A stretch of DNA of 62,027 nt, the filler included. It is 3 parts of 3 records of this genome, joined end to end, with 100 filler letters (N's around TTAATTAATTAA, not from the genome) between each part and the next. Parts side by side here need not be neighbours in the genome. Positions count along the whole stretch, not along the records: positions 55,447 to 62,027 come from DRR378314_2258; 2 more parts are not named here. One strand, written 5' to 3'. Within the stretch, counting starts at the first letter, position 1. Each line of letters begins with the position of its first letter. Below the pieces are notes generated by a model. The model ran no database searches and was not told the origin of the DNA. It worked only from the letters and a program-made list of their open reading frames with translations. Below are positions 56,613 to 62,027 of the stretch, piece after piece. Both the position numbers and the translations under genes were made by a program.

Positions 56613-57176
56613 ATGAACATCCGTCATCAGATCCGCACCCTGCTTGCCGCCGCCTGTTGCCTGACTGTCGTCAGCACCGCAGCGGTGGCGGATGGATATC
56701 GCGACACGTCCGTCGTGATGACTGTGGAAGAAGACCTCGACCTCTCGCAGTACTTGGGCACCTGGTATGAGATTGCCCGTTTCCCCAACAACTTCGAGAT
56801 GGGGTGCGAGGGCGTCACCGCGCAGTATTCCGCGCGCGAGGATGACCGGATCGACGTGGTGAACCGCTGTTACCGAGAAGGGCTTGATGGTCCGCTTGAT
56901 ACGGCAGAAGGGGTCGCCCGCGTCGCGGGACCGGGACGGCTGGAGGTGAACTTCGTGTCCTGGCTCCGGCTGTTGCCCTTCACCTGGGGCGACTACTGGG
57001 TGCTGGATGTGGATGCGGAGTATGAGGTCGCCGTGGTCGGAACTCCGAACGGCAAGCAGGGCTGGATTCTGGCCCGCGCGCCCGAGATCAGCGCAGACAA
57101 ACTGACCGAGGCGAAATCGGTCCTGCGCAAGAATGGCTATGACATTGGCGCCCTTGAAATGGTGCCGCAGAACTAA
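56613..57176 (+). CDS. Lipocalin family protein
   Basis: Signal peptide; YLGTWYEIARF, GDYWVL, WILAR conserved regions. Confidence 0.9.
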   Translation: MNIRHQIRTLLAAACCLTVVSTAAVADGYRDTSVVMTVEEDLDLSQYLGTWYEIARFPNNFEMGCEGVTAQYSAREDDRIDVVNRCYREGLDGPLDTAEGVARVAGPGRLEVNFVSWLRLLPFTWGDYWVLDVDAEYEVAVVGTPNGKQGWILARAPEISADKLTEAKSVLRKNGYDIGALEMVPQN

Positions 57177-57187
57177 GGACCAACGGA

Positions 57188-58663
57188 ATGACAAAAACGG
57201 CTGCAATCATTGGCGGTGGTGTGATCGGCGGCGGCTGGGCCGCGCGCTTCTTGCTGAACGGCTGGGACGTGCGGGTCTTTGATCCCGACCCGGAGGCCGC
57301 GCGCAAGATCGCGGAGGTGATGGACAACGCGCGCCGCGCCTTGCCGGGCTTGGGCAATGTCGCCCTGCCGCCCGAGGGTGCGATGACGTTTCACGACACC
57401 ATCGAGGCAGCCGTTAAGGGCGTCGACTGGGTGCAGGAAAGCGTGCCGGAGCGGCTTGACCTGAAGCAGAAGGTTTACGGCGAATTGCAGGCGCATGTTC
57501 CGGCGGGCGCGGTGATCGGGTCGTCGACCTCCGGCTACAAGCCGTCTCAGCTGCAGGAGGGGTTCACCAACGCCGCGCAGATCGTCGTCGCGCATCCTTT
57601 CAACCCGGTCTACCTGATGCCGCTGGTTGAGGTGGTCACCACCGAGGCGAACAGCCCGGAGATTATCGCCAAGGCCAAGGAGATCGTCAGCGCCATCGGC
57701 ATGTATCCCTTGCACCTGAAGAAGGAAATCGACGCCCATGTGGCGGACCGCTTCCTCGAGGCGGTCTGGCGAGAGGCGCTCTGGCTGGTCAAGGACGGTA
57801 TCGCCACCACCGAGGAGATCGACAACGCCATCCGCTATGGCTTTGGCATCCGCTGGGCGCAGATGGGCTTGTTTGAAACCTACCGGGTTGCGGGCGGCGA
57901 AGCGGGGATGAAGCATTTCCTGGAACAGTTCGGCCCCTGTCTCAGCTGGCCATGGACCAAGCTGATGGATGTGCCGGAATACAACGACGAGCTGGTGGAC
58001 CTCATCGCCGGTCAGTCCGATGCGCAGTCCGGCCATCACTCGATCCGTGAGCTGGAGCGCATCCGCGACGACAACCTCGTGGGGATGATGCGCGCATTGG
58101 GCGCCAATGACTGGGGCGCGGGTGCGCTGCAGAACGCCCATGACAGCGCGCGCATGCAGGCGGCGGGGCTGGCCCGCAACATCGACGACGTGGCAGATAT
58201 CACCCAGCCGATCCTGACCCAGAGCCGCACGGTGCCGCTCGACTGGACCGACTACAACGGCCACATGACCGAGAGCCGCTATCTCGACGCCTTTGCTCAG
58301 GCCACCGACCGGCTGATGGAGATCATCGGCTGCGACGCCGAGTATATCGCCTCGGGCGGCAGCTATTTCACCGCCGAGACCCACATCCGCCATATCGATG
58401 AGGTGCACGCGGGCCATCCCATTCAGGTCAGAACGCAGGTCATCATGGGCGCAGGCAAGAAGATGCACATCTGGCACGAGATGTTCGAGGGCGACCGCCT
58501 GCTGGCGACGGGGGAGCATATGCTGCTGCACGTGGACCTCAAGACCCGTCGCTCCGCACCGCCCGCCGCGCATATCGAGGCCAATCTGGTCAGGATTGCT
58601 GAGACGCATGCGGCCTTGCCCGCGCCCGACGGGCTGGGCCGCGCCATCGGCGCGCCGCGCTAA
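57188..58663 (+). CDS. lcdH: L-carnitine 3-dehydrogenase fused to a thioesterase domain
   Basis: GGGVIGGGW Rossmann motif, QESVPE, SSTSG, HPFNP, WPWTKL; C-terminal hot-dog domain WTDYNGHM. Confidence 0.92.
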   Translation: MTKTAAIIGGGVIGGGWAARFLLNGWDVRVFDPDPEAARKIAEVMDNARRALPGLGNVALPPEGAMTFHDTIEAAVKGVDWVQESVPERLDLKQKVYGELQAHVPAGAVIGSSTSGYKPSQLQEGFTNAAQIVVAHPFNPVYLMPLVEVVTTEANSPEIIAKAKEIVSAIGMYPLHLKKEIDAHVADRFLEAVWREALWLVKDGIATTEEIDNAIRYGFGIRWAQMGLFETYRVAGGEAGMKHFLEQFGPCLSWPWTKLMDVPEYNDELVDLIAGQSDAQSGHHSIRELERIRDDNLVGMMRALGANDWGAGALQNAHDSARMQAAGLARNIDDVADITQPILTQSRTVPLDWTDYNGHMTESRYLDAFAQATDRLMEIIGCDAEYIASGGSYFTAETHIRHIDEVHAGHPIQVRTQVIMGAGKKMHIWHEMFEGDRLLATGEHMLLHVDLKTRRSAPPAAHIEANLVRIAETHAALPAPDGLGRAIGAPR

Positions 58664-58785
58664 TACGTGTTTTTGTGACTGCAGGCGCGTCCGGGATCGG
58701 GCGCGCCATTGCGGCGTGCCCTGCCGCCACCGGGGCTGAGGTCTGGGTGACGGATGCCGGTGCCGCGAGGGGCGTGCCCGGCTGA
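58663..58785 (+). pseudogene. N-terminal remnant of an SDR oxidoreductase
   Basis: IRVFVTAGASGIGRAIAA...GAEVWVTD then a stop after 40 codons; ATA where ATG would overlap the lcdH stop. Confidence 0.8.
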
Positions 58786-58825
58786 GGGCTGCATAGCCCG
58801 GCCAACAGGTCGATCAGGCGCGCGC

Positions 58826-59695
58826 TTAGGCCGTTTCGTCTATTTGTGCCCGCAATGCGCCCACCCGGCGTGGCATCTGCCGCGCTGTGATCGACGCCTC
58901 GCGCACCAGCCGATCAAAATGGCCGGTATAGGTCTCCACCCGCTCCCGGTCGCGAAACGCCATGTAGTGGCTGCCTGCATAGAAGACACAAAGCAACGGG
59001 CCAAAGATGGTCAGCGGCGAGGAATACAACCGCTTGGCATCATAGAGATAGATCCGCAAACGCGGATAGAGCTGCGTCGTCAATTGCTCCAGATGCTCCA
59101 GCTGTTCGATCCGTATCTCGGCAGAGAGACCCTCGTAGTATCCTACCCCTTTGGCAAAACTGTCGATTTCATAGATCGGCATCGCGATCTCATAGTCGGA
59201 GCCCGCCTGCCGCATCCATGTCAGCCGATCCTGCGAGGCGCCGATGGCCTGATCTGCGGTGCGGCCCAGATGCGGCGCGTATTCCCATTCCAGCACCGCG
59301 CGGATCTTCAGCATGTCGGGCAGGGTCGCGGGCACATGGCGGATCTTGTAGCCCGCCGCCTCGCGGTGCCACTCGTAGATGCGTTCATCCACCAGCGCCC
59401 GGGGCGCTTCGGTCATCGACATCGAGGAGGCCAGCAGCTCGGCCGCACTCTCGGGCCGATCCGACAGGCTCAACAGCCAGTCCGCCGACACGCCAAGGGC
59501 CGTCGCGCAGGCGCCGACCACATGGGCGTTGGGCAATCGCGCGCCCGCATCTGTCAGCAGCTGCGAAATAGTGGAGCGATCCACATCAGTGGCCCGGGCC
59601 AATGCGCTCTGACTGAGATTGCTCTCCCGCAGAGCGCGGTTCAGGCGCTCTCGGAACTGTGCGGCACGCAAACGTTTGTCAATATTTTCTCTCAT
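58826..59695 (-). CDS. XRE-family HTH transcriptional regulator with large C-terminal domain
   Basis: LSQSALARATDVDRSTISQL HTH, LGVSADWLL. Confidence 0.88.
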   Translation of the reverse strand: MRENIDKRLRAAQFRERLNRALRESNLSQSALARATDVDRSTISQLLTDAGARLPNAHVVGACATALGVSADWLLSLSDRPESAAELLASSMSMTEAPRALVDERIYEWHREAAGYKIRHVPATLPDMLKIRAVLEWEYAPHLGRTADQAIGASQDRLTWMRQAGSDYEIAMPIYEIDSFAKGVGYYEGLSAEIRIEQLEHLEQLTTQLYPRLRIYLYDAKRLYSSPLTIFGPLLCVFYAGSHYMAFRDRERVETYTGHFDRLVREASITARQMPRRVGALRAQIDETA

Positions 59696-59760
59696 GTGGT
59701 GACATATATCATCGTTGATGGATTTTGTTAATCACATACGGAATTCTACACAGCCTGCCG

Positions 59761-59785
59761 TTGATCTAACCTGACGCCAGATCAA
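59761..59785. promoter_or_regulatory. Candidate operator (inverted repeat)
   Basis: TTGATCT-N11-AGATCAA in the 106-nt divergent intergenic region. Confidence 0.45.
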
Positions 59786-59801
59786 AAAAATCGGAGGCAG
59801 T

Positions 59802-60020
59802 ATGGAAACGCGTGGGCGCTCCCTCGTGAAGGCGATTGTGTGGAACGTCATCGGATTGGTCTCGATGACGCTGGTGGGATTTCTGGCGACCGGCTCGGCC
59901 ACCGCCGGTGGGGTGATGGCGGCAATCAACACCGCCATCGGCTTTGCCTGCTATCTGATCTACGAGCGGGTCTGGGCGCGGATTTCCTGGGGCCGGGTCG
60001 GCGGGCGGCGTCATGCGTGA
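59802..60020 (+). CDS. Small membrane protein (DUF2061-like)
   Basis: METRGRSLVKAIVW...YERVWARISWG; GGAGG RBS; two TM helices. Confidence 0.8.
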   Translation: METRGRSLVKAIVWNVIGLVSMTLVGFLATGSATAGGVMAAINTAIGFACYLIYERVWARISWGRVGGRRHA

Positions 60021-61038
60021 TCTGACCGAAGAGGAACAGATCTCTGCGGCTCAGGCTGTCGCGGATGTGTCGGACCGGATCGAAATACCGTTGGAGGTGG
60101 CATTGACACCGGACGCGGCCGAGGCCCGCGCTGCGCTGCCGCGTCACCCGGAATGGGGCACATTTGCGCTGATCCTGGCCTGCTACCTGGTCTGGGGCGG
60201 GGCGCTCTTTGGCCTGGCACAGGTCTCGCATCTGCTGGCGGTGCTGCTGGCGGGGGGGATGGTGGCGCTGCATTCCTCGCTTTGTCACGAGGTGCTGCAT
60301 GGCCACCCCTTCCGCAGCCGCCGTCTGAACGAGGCGCTGGTGGTTCTGCCGCTCAATCTCGCGGTGCCTTATGGCCGCTTTCGCGACACCCACCTGCAGC
60401 ACCATCAGGACGAAGACCTCACCGACCCCTATGACGACCCGGAAAGCAATTTTCACGACCCCGCGGTCTGGGCCCGGCTGCCCGCCTGGCGCCAGCGTCT
60501 GCTGCGGGTCAACAACACGCTTCTGGGGCGCATGGTGATCGGGCCGGTGATCGGACAGATCTCCTTCATGCAGGAGGATTGGACGCTGGTACGCCGGGGG
60601 CAGCGCGGCATCCTGCGCGACTGGGGGCTGCATGCGCTGGGCACGGCGCTGGTCCTGTGGATCGTGTCGCTGTCGGCGCTGCCGGTGCTGGCCTATCTCT
60701 GCGCGGCCTACCTCGGACTCGCGATGCTGAAGATCCGTACCTATCTGGAGCACCGCGCCCATGAGGACATGCATGGCCGCACGGCAATTGTTGAGTCCCG
60801 TGGCCTGATGGGCGCAGTGCTGGGGTTTTTGTTCCTCAACAACAACCTGCACATTGTGCATCACCTCTACCCCGGCGTAGCTTGGCACCAGCTGCCGGCG
60901 CTCTACAAACGCCATCAGGCGCGGTTTCAGGCGCGCAATGACGGCTATGTGCTGGCCAGCTATGCCAGCGTGTTCCGCCAGTTCGCCTTCCGCGCCAAGG
61001 ATCCGGTGCCACATCCGCTCTGGAAATCTCCGGAGTAA
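60013..61038 (+). CDS. Membrane fatty-acid-desaturase-superfamily enzyme
   Basis: His boxes HEVLH, HLQHH, EHRAH, HIVHH; hydrophobic segments. Confidence 0.87.
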   Translation: MRDLTEEEQISAAQAVADVSDRIEIPLEVALTPDAAEARAALPRHPEWGTFALILACYLVWGGALFGLAQVSHLLAVLLAGGMVALHSSLCHEVLHGHPFRSRRLNEALVVLPLNLAVPYGRFRDTHLQHHQDEDLTDPYDDPESNFHDPAVWARLPAWRQRLLRVNNTLLGRMVIGPVIGQISFMQEDWTLVRRGQRGILRDWGLHALGTALVLWIVSLSALPVLAYLCAAYLGLAMLKIRTYLEHRAHEDMHGRTAIVESRGLMGAVLGFLFLNNNLHIVHHLYPGVAWHQLPALYKRHQARFQARNDGYVLASYASVFRQFAFRAKDPVPHPLWKSPE

Positions 61039-61084
61039 GGGCGCATAGGGTCGGTATGCGATAGTATACCTTAAAGGTCATTCA

Positions 61085-61987
61085 ATGCCGCTCTGGATTC
61101 CCGTCACCCTCGCCGCCGCCACATTTCAGACCCTGCGCTTCATGCTGCAGAAGGTCCTGAGCGCGGTCACATTGAGCGCAGCGGGGGCGACGTTCTCGCG
61201 TTTTGTCTACTCCGCGCCGGTGATCCTGTTGCTGCTCTGGGCCTATGTTGCGGCCACAGATGCGGCGCTGCCGGCTCTCTCGCGGCCGTTCTGGGGCTTT
61301 GCCATCGTCGGCGGGCTGTCCCAGATCCTTGCCACCGTCTGCGTTGTGGCGCTGTTCAAGGCGCGTAACTTTGCCGTCGGCATTACCTTCAAGAAGACCG
61401 AAGTGATCCAGACCGCCATCGTCGGCTTGGTGGTGCTGGGCGATGAGGTCTCTACGCTGGGTTGGGTGGCAATTCTGATCGGCCTGGCGGCGGTGCTGGT
61501 GCTGTCCAAGACCAAAGATGGCCCCAAGGGCCTCTGGCGGCAGCTGACCGGACGGGCGCCGCTGCTGGGGCTTGGGTCGGGCGTGCTGTTTGCCTTCTCC
61601 GCGGTCAGCTACCGGGGCGCGTCGTTGCAATTGCAGGAGCCCGACGCGGTGCTGCGCGCGGCGGTGACGCTGGCGGTGGTGGTCTGCCTGCAGACGGCGA
61701 TGATGCTGGTCTGGCTAGGCGTCCGGGATCCCGGCGAGATCGCCCGGGTCTGGGCGGCACGCCGGGTGGCGGTCTGGGTGGGGCTGACCAGCATGGGCGG
61801 CTCGTTTTGCTGGTTTCTCGCCTTCACGCTACAGAACGCGGCCTATGTGAAGGCCTTGGGGCAGGTGGAGCTGCTGCTGTCCCTGCTGGCCTCGCTGGTG
61901 GTGTTCAAGGAGGTGGTGACCCGGCGTGAGATCTTCGGGATGGCGCTGCTGGTGCTGTCGATCCTGGCCCTGATCCTGGCGCTGTGA
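61085..61987 (+). CDS. DMT/EamA family transporter
   Basis: About 10 TM helices in two repeats; FKKTEV and KALGQVE. Confidence 0.85.
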   Translation: MPLWIPVTLAAATFQTLRFMLQKVLSAVTLSAAGATFSRFVYSAPVILLLLWAYVAATDAALPALSRPFWGFAIVGGLSQILATVCVVALFKARNFAVGITFKKTEVIQTAIVGLVVLGDEVSTLGWVAILIGLAAVLVLSKTKDGPKGLWRQLTGRAPLLGLGSGVLFAFSAVSYRGASLQLQEPDAVLRAAVTLAVVVCLQTAMMLVWLGVRDPGEIARVWAARRVAVWVGLTSMGGSFCWFLAFTLQNAAYVKALGQVELLLSLLASLVVFKEVVTRREIFGMALLVLSILALILAL

Positions 61988-62027
61988 TCCGGACACGAAG
62001 GTCCTGTGTGGATGGCCCCTGCATAGC

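Noticed and set aside
55602..61630. Long antisense ORFs (534, 478, 325, 362 aa) in contig C
   Set aside because: Shadows of high-GC genes on the opposite strand, with no motifs

Overview
This window is not one locus. It is three unrelated contigs joined by 100-nt artificial linkers (N44-TTAATTAATTAA-N44) at 28739-28838 and 55347-55446. Contig A (1-28738) is an AT-rich Bacteroidota (Flavobacteriaceae-like) chromosome piece. It carries a long phenylalanine hydroxylase, an M61-like peptidase, a GSCFA protein, alaS, an M23-MerR-LemA-TPM-TPM operon, an outer-membrane barrel, alpha-2-macroglobulin plus PBP1C, an HNH nuclease followed by a 47-aa C5-methyltransferase remnant, der, era, an AGCS symporter and tRNA-fMet. 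It also has a dense set of small palindromic (REP/REPIN-like) repeats that have entered a protein-coding frame, a tRNA copy and each other. Contig B (28839-55346) is GC-rich EUKARYOTIC DNA with spliceosomal introns, so the ORF track there is mostly noise. Splicing by hand recovers CNOT9/Rcd1 (9 exons, one GC-AG intron), a PQ-loop transporter, Cdc27/APC3, a VHS-GAT TOM1-like protein, a GNAT-domain protein and an unidentified membrane-anchored coiled-coil gene. Contig C (55447-62027) is GC-rich alphaproteobacterial (Roseobacter-like) DNA. It holds a carnitine catabolic cluster (BKACE, lipocalin, carnitine dehydrogenase-thioesterase, decayed SDR) next to an XRE regulator / DUF2061-like / desaturase-like / DMT module. 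I cannot demonstrate a new system from sequence alone. The best leads are the invasive repeat family, the HNH plus mini-methyltransferase islet, and the desaturase module beside the carnitine genes. All family assignments come from motif recognition, not database searches.
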